A stretch of DNA of 24,000 bases from Fredinandcohnia onubensis (GTDB lineage: Bacteria; Bacillota; Bacilli; Bacillales; Bacillaceae_L), in assembly GCF_002734285.1 (NCBI RefSeq), contig NZ_NSEA01000002.1:327869-351868 (forward strand). Direction: 5' to 3'. This document shows, one piece after another, positions 1-7,495 of the stretch (the stretch's first letter is position 1; each line of letters starts with the position of its first letter). The translations under genes were made by a program, and so were the position numbers. The notes beneath the pieces were generated by a model that saw nothing but the letters and a program-made list of their open reading frames with translations, had not been told where the DNA came from and did no database searches.

Positions 1-247
1 TAATGATTTTACGTCCATTTTTCAAAACGAATTCCTGGTTGACCTCAATGGCTCTTGTCGTAAGAATGTCGGGTAATCGGCTATCAGGAATACACTCATA
101 TATATGTTTTCCAATTGCTTCTTCCTTCGCGACACCAATCATCCTAGACGCACTGTTGTTTAGTAAGATGACTTGGCTATCAATATCAATGACAATCATT
201 CCATCATGGGTTGAATCTAAGATCAAATCGACCATAACTTTCTGCAT
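1..247 (-). CDS. PAS-domain transcriptional regulator, probably sigma-54-dependent (BkdR-like). Only the N-terminal fragment is present; the gene continues past the window start.
   Basis: Not in the ORF track because no stop lies in the window. ATG at 247..245 follows SD GGAGGTGG (revcomp of 256..263). My translation is MQKVMVDLILDSTHDGMIVIDIDSQVILLNNSASRMIGVAKEEAIGKHIYECIPDSRLPDILTTRAIEVNQEFVLKNGRKII, a typical PAS fold start. The 3..266 plus-strand track ORF is its antisense shadow. Confidence 0.55.
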   Translation of the reverse strand, partial: MQKVMVDLILDSTHDGMIVIDIDSQVILLNNSASRMIGVAKEEAIGKHIYECIPDSRLPDILTTRAIEVNQEFVLKNGRKII

Positions 248-421
248 AACCACAGCCACCTCCTAACAAAGATTTATACCATGCAATATTTTACACACCT
301 TCAAAAACCATTTTGCAAAAACATGCACACTTATATAATAACCTGAATCCTCCATCTTGACAAATTTTATTAATGGCTTACATTTAATATATAACTCGTT
401 TTTATTGAAAGGATTTTTGAT

Positions 422-685
422 ATGCAACGTATACTGGCTCTAATTGTGCTACTAATACCAGGAGTTATTGCAGGGGTTGGAATTAAATTTATGAGGGATA
501 TGTTTTTTGGTGTTTTGCACAGCCCGATTCCATCCTTAATGCTACAATTTATTATTGGCCTTATTTTCTTTTTAGCAGGTCTCTCTTTTATTGGCGGCTT
601 CATTTTACACCGTGACCGGAAAAGAAATAAAGTTCAGGAAAAATTTCAAAACGAAAGCTCACCTGCTGGCGAGCAAAATAAATAA
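422..685 (+). CDS. Small integral membrane protein of unknown function (DUF2627/YqzF-like), 87 aa
   Basis: Two hydrophobic helices (ILALIVLLIPGVIAGVGI and LQFIIGLIFFLAGLSFIGGFIL) precede a basic tail, HRDRKRNK. A weak SD (AAAGGA) lies 8 nt upstream of the ATG. A hairpin terminator starts at the stop codon. Its position next to the yqiK-like gene matches B. subtilis yqzF as I recall it. Confidence 0.75.
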   Translation: MQRILALIVLLIPGVIAGVGIKFMRDMFFGVLHSPIPSLMLQFIIGLIFFLAGLSFIGGFILHRDRKRNKVQEKFQNESSPAGEQNK

Positions 686-711
686 TCCTGCTTATTTAAG
701 CAGGATTTTTT
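684..711. terminator. Bidirectional rho-independent terminator between convergent genes
   Basis: Perfect 10-bp stem AATCCTGCTT (684..693) pairs with AAGCAGGATT (698..707) around a 4-nt loop. A T-run follows on the plus strand (706..711). The flank on the minus-strand side is A/T-rich. It lies between the stops at 685 (+) and 719 (-). Confidence 0.7.
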
Positions 712-718
712 GAGGTTA

Positions 719-1447
719 TTATGTTAAAGCTAACGCTTTCTTCGGGTAATCTGTGATGATAGCAGAACAACCAAAATCAATAAATTGCTTCATCTTTTTC
801 TCATCATTTATTGTAAAAGGACGTACAGCAATCCCATTCAGCTTTGATTCTTCAACTATTTCCTTATTTATCGTCTGGTGATATGGATGAATTCCGTTCG
901 TCTTAAGACGCTTTGCATAATCCCACGGCTCATAAAGTCCTTCCATATACAAAATGGCAAGATCAATTGTACTTGAAATGCGCCTACACTTAACTAAACT
1001 ATAATGATTAAAGCTTGATAAAACAATCCGATTTTCAATACCATAGTCACCAATCATCTTCAATGTCTTCTCTTCTATGTCCTTATACGAAACTAACCCT
1101 GTCTTAAATTCAACATTTATTAGCAATTGGTTTGATTTTGCCCAATCAAATACCTCTTCTAGTGTCGGAATTTCACAAATACCGTACTTATCCTTAAACT
1201 TGTAACTCACATCCATTTTTTTGATTTGTTTTAATGTATAATCTTTAACCCAACCCTTATGCTTTCCATTCGTAGTACGTTTAACGGTTTCATCATGGAT
1301 AACCACAATGACTCCATCCTTTGTCATTTGAATATCTAACTCAATACCATCTGCGCCAACCCTGGCCGCTTCTTTAAACGATATCATTGTATTTTCCGGG
1401 TGTGTTCCGGCAGAACCTCTATGACCAAAAATTTTCGTTTTCATCAT
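719..1447 (-). CDS. yqiK: Glycerophosphodiester phosphodiesterase (GDPD/UgpQ family)
   Basis: 242 aa. The N-terminus carries the GDPD signature FGHRGSAGTHPENTMISFKEA...GADGIELDIQMTKDGVIVVIHDETVKRTTNG. SD AGGAG lies 7 nt upstream of the ATG. Size and position match B. subtilis YqiK. Confidence 0.92.
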   Translation of the reverse strand: MMKTKIFGHRGSAGTHPENTMISFKEAARVGADGIELDIQMTKDGVIVVIHDETVKRTTNGKHKGWVKDYTLKQIKKMDVSYKFKDKYGICEIPTLEEVFDWAKSNQLLINVEFKTGLVSYKDIEEKTLKMIGDYGIENRIVLSSFNHYSLVKCRRISSTIDLAILYMEGLYEPWDYAKRLKTNGIHPYHQTINKEIVEESKLNGIAVRPFTINDEKKMKQFIDFGCSAIITDYPKKALALT

Positions 1448-1473
1448 TGATATTCTCCTTTTTTTGGTATACT
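1447..1473 (+). promoter_or_regulatory. Candidate sigma-A promoter with extended -10 for the 48-codon ORF
   Basis: TTGATA (1447..1452), a 15-nt spacer, then TGgTATACT (1465..1473). The spacer is shorter than the 17-nt optimum, but the TG extension can compensate. Confidence 0.35.
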
Positions 1474-1513
1474 TCCATTATAGAGTAATTTTAGTAAAGG
1501 GAGAAACCATTAT

Positions 1514-1660
1514 ATGAGACCATTGCAAATTTCTGCTGAAACAGCAATCCGATTATCAAAAGCCCTAAATGTCCCGATTGAGCAAATCATCCATATGCCT
1601 CAACATATTCTTGTAAAAAAAATGATGGAGCTGGAGAAGGCCGAAAAAGAAGAGAAATAA
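1514..1660 (+). CDS. Small hypothetical protein, 48 aa, with a partial Cro/C1-type HTH-like sequence
   Basis: Below the ORF-track size cutoff. SD AAAGGGAG (1496..1503) lies 10 nt upstream of ATG 1514. Translation: MRPLQISAETAIRLSKALNVPIEQIIHMPQHILVKKMMELEKAEKEEK. TAA at 1658..1660 is immediately followed by a strong hairpin terminator. A candidate promoter lies upstream. Confidence 0.45.
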   Translation: MRPLQISAETAIRLSKALNVPIEQIIHMPQHILVKKMMELEKAEKEEK

Positions 1661-1661
1661 G

Positions 1662-1695
1662 AAAAACACCGTTCCCACTTGGAAACGGTGTTTTT
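1662..1695. terminator. Bidirectional rho-independent terminator, serving spo0A on the minus strand and the 48-codon ORF on the plus strand
   Basis: AAAAACACCGTT (1662..1673) pairs with AACGGTGTTTTT (1684..1695). An extra CC/GG pairing sits in the apical part. The A-run and T-run flanks give a U-tract in both orientations. It lies 49 nt downstream of the spo0A stop. Confidence 0.75.
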
Positions 1696-1743
1696 CTATC
1701 ATATAACAAATAATAAGTTCAGTTGTAGTTACTCCTTACCCTC

Positions 1744-2532
1744 TCAAGACGCTTTATGCTCAAGACGGAGCTTATCTGCCACCATTGCGATAAATTCTGA
1801 GTTTGTAGGCTTTGCTTTAGACATACTTACTGTATAACCAAAAAGATTAGAGATAGAATCGATATTGCCTCGACTCCATGCAACTTCGATTGCATGACGA
1901 ATCGCACGCTCAACACGGCTTGCAGTTGTATTGAACTTCTTTGCAATATCAGGATAAAGTACCTTTGTAATTGACCCTAATAATTCAATATCATTGTATA
2001 CCATTGAGATTGCTTCTCTTAGATAAAGATATCCTTTAATATGGGCAGGGACCCCAATCTCATGAATAATACTTGTAATGCTCGCGTCTAAATTTTTCGG
2101 ACTATTTTCTGTACGAACAACATTGCTTCCAGTATTTCGTTTAATAATCGGAGCAGTCTTTCCGCTTACTTGACGAATTCGACTTGCAAGATTTTCCATA
2201 TCAAATGGCTTGAGAATAAAATACGCAGCACCTAAATCGACAGCTTTTTTCGTCACATCCTCTTGTCCAAATGCCGTTAACATAATGACATTTGGCTGTT
2301 TTTCAAGATTTAATTCACGAAGTCTCTCTAATACTGCTAAGCCATCTAGATGAGGCATAATAATATCTAAAACGAGAACGTCTGGTTGTTTATCTTGAAG
2401 CATGTTCAGGCAATCTTGACCGTTAAACGCAACACCTAATACTTCGATGTCGTCTTGGCTCGATAAATATTCGTCAAGTAAATTAACCAGTTCTCTATTA
2501 TCATCAACCACACAAACTTTAATTTTTTTCAC
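1744..2532 (-). CDS. spo0A: Sporulation master response regulator Spo0A
   Basis: 262 aa. The receiver domain reads [12 protein letters not shown]...[14 protein letters not shown]. The Spo0A-specific C-terminal DNA-binding domain reads [20 protein letters not shown]...[19 protein letters not shown]...[18 protein letters not shown]. The GTG start has SD GAGGAGG 7 nt upstream. Confidence 0.98.
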   Translation of the reverse strand: MKKIKVCVVDDNRELVNLLDEYLSSQDDIEVLGVAFNGQDCLNMLQDKQPDVLVLDIIMPHLDGLAVLERLRELNLEKQPNVIMLTAFGQEDVTKKAVDLGAAYFILKPFDMENLASRIRQVSGKTAPIIKRNTGSNVVRTENSPKNLDASITSIIHEIGVPAHIKGYLYLREAISMVYNDIELLGSITKVLYPDIAKKFNTTASRVERAIRHAIEVAWSRGNIDSISNLFGYTVSMSKAKPTNSEFIAMVADKLRLEHKAS

Positions 2533-2591
2533 TCTATTTCCTCCTCAAGCTTAAATCCAGAAAATTTGTATATATTCTTATTCTAAAGAAA

Positions 2592-2620
2592 GAATTCGAC
2601 AATGCAATAAGAATTCCTTT
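2592..2620 (-). promoter_or_regulatory. Sigma-H type promoter of spo0A (Ps-like)
   Basis: The minus strand reads AAAGGAATT-cttattgcatt-GTCGAATTC. This fits the sigma-H consensus as I recall it: -35 RnAGGAwWW, an 11-12 nt spacer, and -10 RnnGAAT. It lies about 60 nt upstream of the GTG. Confidence 0.6.
2595..2601 (-). promoter_or_regulatory. 0A box, TGTCGAA
   Basis: Exact match to the Spo0A-binding heptamer TGTCGAA on the coding strand. It overlaps the GAAT of the sigma-H -10. Confidence 0.5.
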
Positions 2621-2683
2621 AATTTTTTAAAAAAATAGGAAAATTTTATTGAAAAATAAATTATTCTCCATTATAATGAAGTA

Positions 2684-2690
2684 TTCGACT
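2684..2690 (-). promoter_or_regulatory. 0A box variant, AGTCGAA
   Basis: The minus strand reads AGTCGAA, a 6/7 match to TGTCGAA. It lies between the candidate upstream sigma-A promoter and the sigma-H promoter. Confidence 0.4.
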
Positions 2691-2725
2691 AAAAACGCCA
2701 ATATTTATTGATGAAATTTGGGTTT

Positions 2726-2732
2726 TGTCGAA
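2726..2732 (+). promoter_or_regulatory. 0A box, TGTCGAA, in inverted orientation
   Basis: Exact TGTCGAA on the plus strand, about 20 nt downstream (in spo0A sense) of the candidate vegetative promoter. Confidence 0.45.
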
Positions 2733-2751
2733 AAATCTTTATACCCTTTTT

Positions 2752-2780
2752 ATTATATAAGCTAAATCAAAATTTGGCGA
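2752..2780 (-). promoter_or_regulatory. Candidate vegetative sigma-A promoter of spo0A (Pv-like)
   Basis: The minus strand reads TCGCCA (2780..2775), a 17-nt spacer, then a perfect TATAAT (2757..2752). The -35 matches only 4/6. Confidence 0.3.
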
Positions 2781-2797
2781 TATCTTTTATAGAATCG

Positions 2798-2823
2798 AAA
2801 AAAAAGGCAAGCATTAGCTCGCC
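2798..2823 (-). terminator. Rho-independent terminator of spoIVB
   Basis: On minus-strand RNA, GGCGAGC pairs with GCUUGCC (one G-U pair) around loop UAAU, followed by eight U (plus-strand A-run 2798..2805). The hairpin overlaps the spoIVB stop codon. Confidence 0.7.
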
Positions 2824-4103
2824 TTTTTTTGTTCTTTTTTATAAATATCAATACCCGCCTCACTTAGCATCCACTCGATATGGACACCATATCCGCTTGT
2901 TGGGTCATTTACAAATACATGTGTAACGGCTCCAATTAGTTTACCGTCTTGAATGATTGGACTACCGCTCATACCTTGAACGATACCACCTGTTTTTTCT
3001 AAAAGGCGTTTATCCGTTATTTTAACAACCATTCCTTTTGTTGCAGGAATTTTTTGAGGAACTGCACTCACAATTTCAATATCAAATTCCTCTACTTTAT
3101 CATCTTCAACAACCGTTAAGATTTTCGCGGGTCCTGGTTTTACTTGGTGTGAAAGTGCAATTGGCAACGGCTTATCCATAATGCCGTTATTCACTTGTTT
3201 GTTTAACTCACCAAAAATGCCAAATGGACTGTTACGTTTGATGTTCCCGATAATTTCTTTATCTGCTGAAAAACGCGCAAGTTTTTCACCTGGATCACCA
3301 TTGCTTCCTTTTTCAATCGAGGTAACGGTAGATCTAACAATTTGGCCATCTGATACGACAATTGGCTCTTTAGTATCCATATCTGAGATAACATGACCTA
3401 ATGCCCCGTACTTCTTCGTTTCCGGATGGTAGAAGGTCATAGTCCCTATACCAGCAGCTGAATCGCGTATATAAAGACCAATTCGATAAGCTTGATCGTT
3501 CTTATCCTTAAGTGGCATGAGCTTTGCCTTTATATCTTCGTTGTCTCGAACAATTACCAGGTTTAACGGCTCCCCTGTCTTACCCGATTCTTGAACAAAT
3601 GGTCCAACATCGCTCATCTTTTCGATTTTCTTACCGTTAATTTCTTTAATAATGTCGCCAACCTCTACTCCAGCAATCTCACCTGGGGATTTTTTCCCAT
3701 CTTCTGTTTCGATTTGGTGATGTCCGACGACCAAAACACCTAGTGTATTTAGTTTCACACCAATTGATTGTCCTCCAGGAATAACCTTAAAATCAGATAA
3801 AACATTTACGTTAACCTTTTTTACTGGAATACCAGCTAATTCAACCATCATCTCACCTTCACCGCTTTCATTTGCAGCAACTGAGATTTGTTTGTTCTCC
3901 ACCGCTGACGAAAAGGCAAAACTGGCATTATGAGTAGTTGTTGTGACTGGTAGTGAGGATTGGACAGTAAAATCTTGGCCTTCAAATAGAGTAAGTTGTT
4001 TTGGAATTTCTAAATAATCTTTTACCGGCTTAAAAAACCCTAAAGCCATTATTGAAACAAGGAGAAATGTACCGATTATATATCTAATTTTATCTATTTT
4101 CAT
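2814..4103 (-). CDS. spoIVB: SpoIVB signalling serine peptidase (S55), stage IV sporulation protein B
   Basis: 429 aa. It has an N-terminal membrane anchor and a PDZ region ([27 protein letters not shown]). The peptidase core reads [18 protein letters not shown]...GALGHVISD...[42 protein letters not shown], nearly identical to B. subtilis SpoIVB as I recall it. Confidence 0.95.
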   Translation of the reverse strand: MKIDKIRYIIGTFLLVSIMALGFFKPVKDYLEIPKQLTLFEGQDFTVQSSLPVTTTTHNASFAFSSAVENKQISVAANESGEGEMMVELAGIPVKKVNVNVLSDFKVIPGGQSIGVKLNTLGVLVVGHHQIETEDGKKSPGEIAGVEVGDIIKEINGKKIEKMSDVGPFVQESGKTGEPLNLVIVRDNEDIKAKLMPLKDKNDQAYRIGLYIRDSAAGIGTMTFYHPETKKYGALGHVISDMDTKEPIVVSDGQIVRSTVTSIEKGSNGDPGEKLARFSADKEIIGNIKRNSPFGIFGELNKQVNNGIMDKPLPIALSHQVKPGPAKILTVVEDDKVEEFDIEIVSAVPQKIPATKGMVVKITDKRLLEKTGGIVQGMSGSPIIQDGKLIGAVTHVFVNDPTSGYGVHIEWMLSEAGIDIYKKEQKKAS

Positions 4104-4199
4104 TCATTTTTCACTCTCCTCGCTCCTATCCCACGCCATAAATCAAACCACTATTAGAAGTGGTGACTTACTAAAAAAAGTTTTTATGGCTACATTCTA

Positions 4200-4230
4200 T
4201 AATTTGGCCTTTCAAGGCCACATTTATAAC
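4200..4230 (-). promoter_or_regulatory. Candidate forespore-type (sigma-F/sigma-G) promoter of spoIVB
   Basis: The minus strand reads GTTATA-N15-GGCCAAATTA. The -10 fits both GGnnAnAHTR (sigma-F) and CAHWHTA (sigma-G, as CAAATTA). The -35 (tTATA) is only a 4/5 match to GHATR/GYATA. Consensus sequences are from memory. Confidence 0.3.
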
Positions 4231-4242
4231 CACTATGAGATT

Positions 4243-4267
4243 AAAAAAGCTACCCATTTTGGATAGC
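4243..4267 (-). terminator. Rho-independent terminator of recN
   Basis: On minus-strand RNA, GCUAUCC pairs with GGGUAGC (one U-G pair) around a 5-nt loop, followed by UUUUUU (plus-strand A-run 4243..4248). It lies 45 nt downstream of the recN stop. Confidence 0.7.
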
Positions 4268-4311
4268 ATTACAAATAAAATTTGCTTCTCATTTTGTATA
4301 TCATAAAGACA

Positions 4312-6021
4312 TTAGTGTTTAACCATCTGTCTTGCATGTTTGCTTTCCTTCGCAAGATTCAATAATTCTTGTGCATGTTCCTTTGTCAAATCCGTTATTT
4401 CGACCCCGGAGATCATTCTGCTTATTTCTTTAACTTTAGCATCCTCATCCAATGGTGTTACGGATGTGATGGTTCTACCTTGTACGGTCTCCTTGGATAT
4501 AAACAAATGGGTATCTGCCATGGCTGCTACCTGAGGGAGATGGGAAATACAAAGTACTTGTGAGCCTATTGAGATACCATGGATTTTTTCAGCGATTGCT
4601 TGGGCAACACGACCACTAACCCCCGTATCAACTTCATCAAAAATAATGGATGTAACACCTTGATGCTTCGAAAAAATGCCTTTAATGGCAAGCATAATCC
4701 TTGATAACTCTCCACCCGATGCAATTTTTGCTAAAGGTTTAAGTGGTTCACCTGGATTTGTCGAAATATAAAATTCAATATCATCTTTCCCATTTGGAGT
4801 GAATTTAATAGTCGATTCCTCAAAAAAGTTAATATCAAATTTTGCTTTTTCCATATATAGCTCTTTTAATTCCTGTGTAATTTTATGAATTAGCTCTTTT
4901 GCTAATTTTTTTCGAAGGTTTGAGAGATTATCGGCTTCAAGCTTCACATCCTCTAGTACTGACTCTAGCTCTTCCTTGATCTTACCGATATGTTGCTCGC
5001 GATTTTGAATAGTATCGACTTCATCCTCTATTTTTGCTGCATATTCGAGGATTTCCTCAACAGTTTGTCCATATTTTCGCTTTAATTGAGCAATTTCATT
5101 TAAACGACCTTCAATATAGTCAAGTCTTGCAGGATCATATTCTAATTCGTCTAATTGAGTTCTGATTTTATAGGAGATTTCCTCTAATAAATAGAAGCTA
5201 TTGGAGATGGTCTCATGGATATTTTTTAAGTCTTTATCAATATCCATAATATCTTCTGCATGATTCATGGCTAAGCCAACCCAGTCAAGTCCTTTTTGGT
5301 CACCATGTAGAGCATTATAACTATTTTGTAAGGCTTTGAAGATTTTTTCGTAATTTGAAATCTTTCTTCTTTCCTCGGTTAATTCCACATCTTCATTCGG
5401 CTGCAAATTTGCATTGCCAATTTCATTTAATTGAAATTGAATTAAATCAAGTCGATGGGCCATTTCTTGTTCATTTTCATTAAAGCTTTTTAACCGTTGC
5501 TTTACCTGTAAATAGCTCTTATAAACCTCTTGATAGGCCTTTAATGCTTTTTCAAGCAATTTTCCACCGTATTGATCAAGCATATGTATATGTTGTTCCT
5601 GATTCATTAAATCTTGGTGTTCATGTTGACCATGGATGTCGATTAACGTTCTCCCAAATTCACGAAGAATCGATATTGTGACGAGTTTGCCGTTTATTCT
5701 ACAGACACTTTTTCCCGATTTAGAAATATCTCTTCGTAAAACAATCATTCCCTCGCTTATTTCAATTCCAAACTCTTCAGCTTTCGCATAACAAGGATGA
5801 TTGTTATTATCGATCAAAAATAGACCCTCTATTTCTGCTCGGTCTTCGCCATATCGTACAAATTCTACAGAACCTCTTCCTCCCACCAATAAATGGACAG
5901 CATCAATAATGATGGACTTACCCGCTCCTGTTTCACCTGTTAGAACTGTCAAGCCTTTTTCTAATGAAACCGAAAGGGACTCAATAATGGCAAAGTTCTT
6001 TATTGATAATTCTGCTAACAA
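4312..6021 (-). CDS. recN: DNA repair protein RecN (SMC-like ATPase)
   Basis: 569 aa. It has Walker A GETGAGKS, a long coiled-coil middle, ABC signature SGGELSR and Walker B IIFDEVD. The TTG start has SD GGAGGTG upstream. It lies 30 nt downstream of argR, as in the B. subtilis ahrC-recN arrangement. Confidence 0.97.
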   Translation of the reverse strand: MLAELSIKNFAIIESLSVSLEKGLTVLTGETGAGKSIIIDAVHLLVGGRGSVEFVRYGEDRAEIEGLFLIDNNNHPCYAKAEEFGIEISEGMIVLRRDISKSGKSVCRINGKLVTISILREFGRTLIDIHGQHEHQDLMNQEQHIHMLDQYGGKLLEKALKAYQEVYKSYLQVKQRLKSFNENEQEMAHRLDLIQFQLNEIGNANLQPNEDVELTEERRKISNYEKIFKALQNSYNALHGDQKGLDWVGLAMNHAEDIMDIDKDLKNIHETISNSFYLLEEISYKIRTQLDELEYDPARLDYIEGRLNEIAQLKRKYGQTVEEILEYAAKIEDEVDTIQNREQHIGKIKEELESVLEDVKLEADNLSNLRKKLAKELIHKITQELKELYMEKAKFDINFFEESTIKFTPNGKDDIEFYISTNPGEPLKPLAKIASGGELSRIMLAIKGIFSKHQGVTSIIFDEVDTGVSGRVAQAIAEKIHGISIGSQVLCISHLPQVAAMADTHLFISKETVQGRTITSVTPLDEDAKVKEISRMISGVEITDLTKEHAQELLNLAKESKHARQMVKH

Positions 6022-6051
6022 TTCCTACACCTCCTAATTCCACTCTCTCCC

Positions 6052-6501
6052 TTAGAGCATGTCTAGGAATCGATTTGAAACTGTTTCTGTTTGTTCTGGA
6101 GTTTTACAGATAATTAAGATGGTGTCATCGCCACAGATTGTGCCTAAAATTTCTTCCCAATCTAAATGGTCGATTAACGCACCGATTGCATTTGCATTCC
6201 CCGGAAGGGTCTTCATCACAAGCATATGCCCCGCTGAATCGATTTTCACAAAAGCATCCATTAACGAACGTTTTAATTTTTGTAGTGGATTAAAACGTTG
6301 GTCAGCCGGTAGACTATATTTATAACGACCATCAATCATTGGTACCTTTACTAAATGAAGTTCTTTAATATCGCGGGATACGGTCGCTTGAGTAATGTTA
6401 TATCCCTCACTTTTTAGAATATCGACAATTTCATCTTGTGTTTCTATATCGTTGCTCGTGATGATTTCACGAATTTTTATATGCCTTTGCCCTTTATTCA
6501 T
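6052..6501 (-). CDS. argR: Arginine repressor ArgR/AhrC
   Basis: 149 aa. The N-terminal winged helix reads [43 protein letters not shown]. The C-terminal hexamerisation and arginine-binding domain includes [12 protein letters not shown]. Confidence 0.95.
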   Translation of the reverse strand: MNKGQRHIKIREIITSNDIETQDEIVDILKSEGYNITQATVSRDIKELHLVKVPMIDGRYKYSLPADQRFNPLQKLKRSLMDAFVKIDSAGHMLVMKTLPGNANAIGALIDHLDWEEILGTICGDDTILIICKTPEQTETVSNRFLDML

Positions 6502-6662
6502 CGTGACATCCTCTCTCTCAAAACTTGTATTATTACCTCCTATGTTAGCCGATTCTGACAGAATTGTACATTTTTTTTAATGTTGTATTGGGTTTTCAAT
6601 ATAACTAGGGTAATATCCATTCTCCACGAAGAAAGAGGACAGCACTAAGGCCATCCCCTCTA

Positions 6663-7493
6663 TTATTTATCATTCTTTAAAATTGCATGTGCATTTTGTA
6701 CGATCTCCTGCTCGGAAACAGGCAATTTGTTTTCACCCTTTTCGGCAGCACCATTCCAGCGTAAATGGAGTAAAAATTCGATATTTCCTTCTCCACCTGT
6801 GATTGGCGAATAGGACAAATTAATGCAATCATACCCTTCCTTTAAGGAAAACTCAATGATATGCGTAAGGACCGCCTCATGGGTTTTCGGCTCACGTACG
6901 ATTCCTTTTTTACCAACCTGCTCTTTTCCTGCCTCAAATTGTGGTTTTACAAGGGCCACAACGTCGCTGTTCGGCACAAGAAGCGTTTTTAATACAGGCA
7001 GAATTAAACGTAAAGAGATAAACGAAACATCGATTGTCGCAAACTCTGGTAGGCCGCTTTGCAGGTCTGCTGGTGTTACATAACGAAAATTAGTTCGTTC
7101 CATAACGACAACACGTTCATCCTGTCTGAGTTTCCACGCAAGCTGATTATATCCAACATCAAGGGCATATGATTTTTTAACTCCATTTTGGAGTGCACAA
7201 TCCGTAAAACCACCTGTCGAGGAGCCTACATCAATCATAATTTTATCCTTGATGTTTAAATCAAAATCTTTTATGGCTTTTTCAAGCTTTAAACCACCTC
7301 TACTGACATAAGGAATGACATTCCCCTTCACAACAAGTGGTATATCAATTTCCACTTTTTCTCCCGGCTTATCAAGTCGTTCTTCATTTGAATAAACGAG
7401 ACCAGCCATAATGGATCGTTTTGCTTTTTCTCTTGTTTCGATTAGGCCGCGTTCAACTAACAAAACATCGAGTCTTTCTTTTTTTGTACCCAT
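6663..7493 (-). CDS. yqxC: TlyA-family rRNA 2'-O-ribose methyltransferase (S4 domain plus FtsJ-like methyltransferase)
   Basis: 276 aa. The S4-like N-terminus reads RLDVLLVERGLIETREKAKRSIMAG. The SAM-binding motif reads IDVGSSTGGFTDCALQNG. Its position after dxs matches B. subtilis yqxC. Confidence 0.9.
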   Translation of the reverse strand: MGTKKERLDVLLVERGLIETREKAKRSIMAGLVYSNEERLDKPGEKVEIDIPLVVKGNVIPYVSRGGLKLEKAIKDFDLNIKDKIMIDVGSSTGGFTDCALQNGVKKSYALDVGYNQLAWKLRQDERVVVMERTNFRYVTPADLQSGLPEFATIDVSFISLRLILPVLKTLLVPNSDVVALVKPQFEAGKEQVGKKGIVREPKTHEAVLTHIIEFSLKEGYDCINLSYSPITGGEGNIEFLLHLRWNGAAEKGENKLPVSEQEIVQNAHAILKNDK

Positions 7494-7495
7494 GT

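Noticed and set aside
3-266. 87-aa plus-strand ORF at the window start
   Set aside because: It has no SD and a low-complexity, composition-driven sequence. It lies exactly antisense to a minus-strand frame that encodes a convincing PAS domain with its own SD and ATG (247). I treat it as a shadow ORF.
300-335. TTGCA-containing sequence (CCATTTTGCAAAAACATGCACAC), considered as a sigma-54 -12 element next to the PAS (sigma-54-type) regulator gene
   Set aside because: There is no GG (-24) element at the required 10-11 nt upstream distance on either strand.
6022-6110. Search for a LexA (Cheo box, GAAC-N4-GTTC) site upstream of recN. I noticed GAAAC-A-GTTTC inside the argR 3' end.
   Set aside because: The spacing and half-sites do not fit the Cheo consensus, and the site lies in coding sequence. 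I could not identify a canonical SOS box for recN in this window.
6600-6662. Possible terminator after yqxC (AGAGGGGATGG...CTGTCCTCT followed by TTCTT)
   Set aside because: Pairing needs a 2-nt bulge and two G-U pairs, and the U-tract is interrupted. It is too weak to call, so read-through into argR-recN remains possible.
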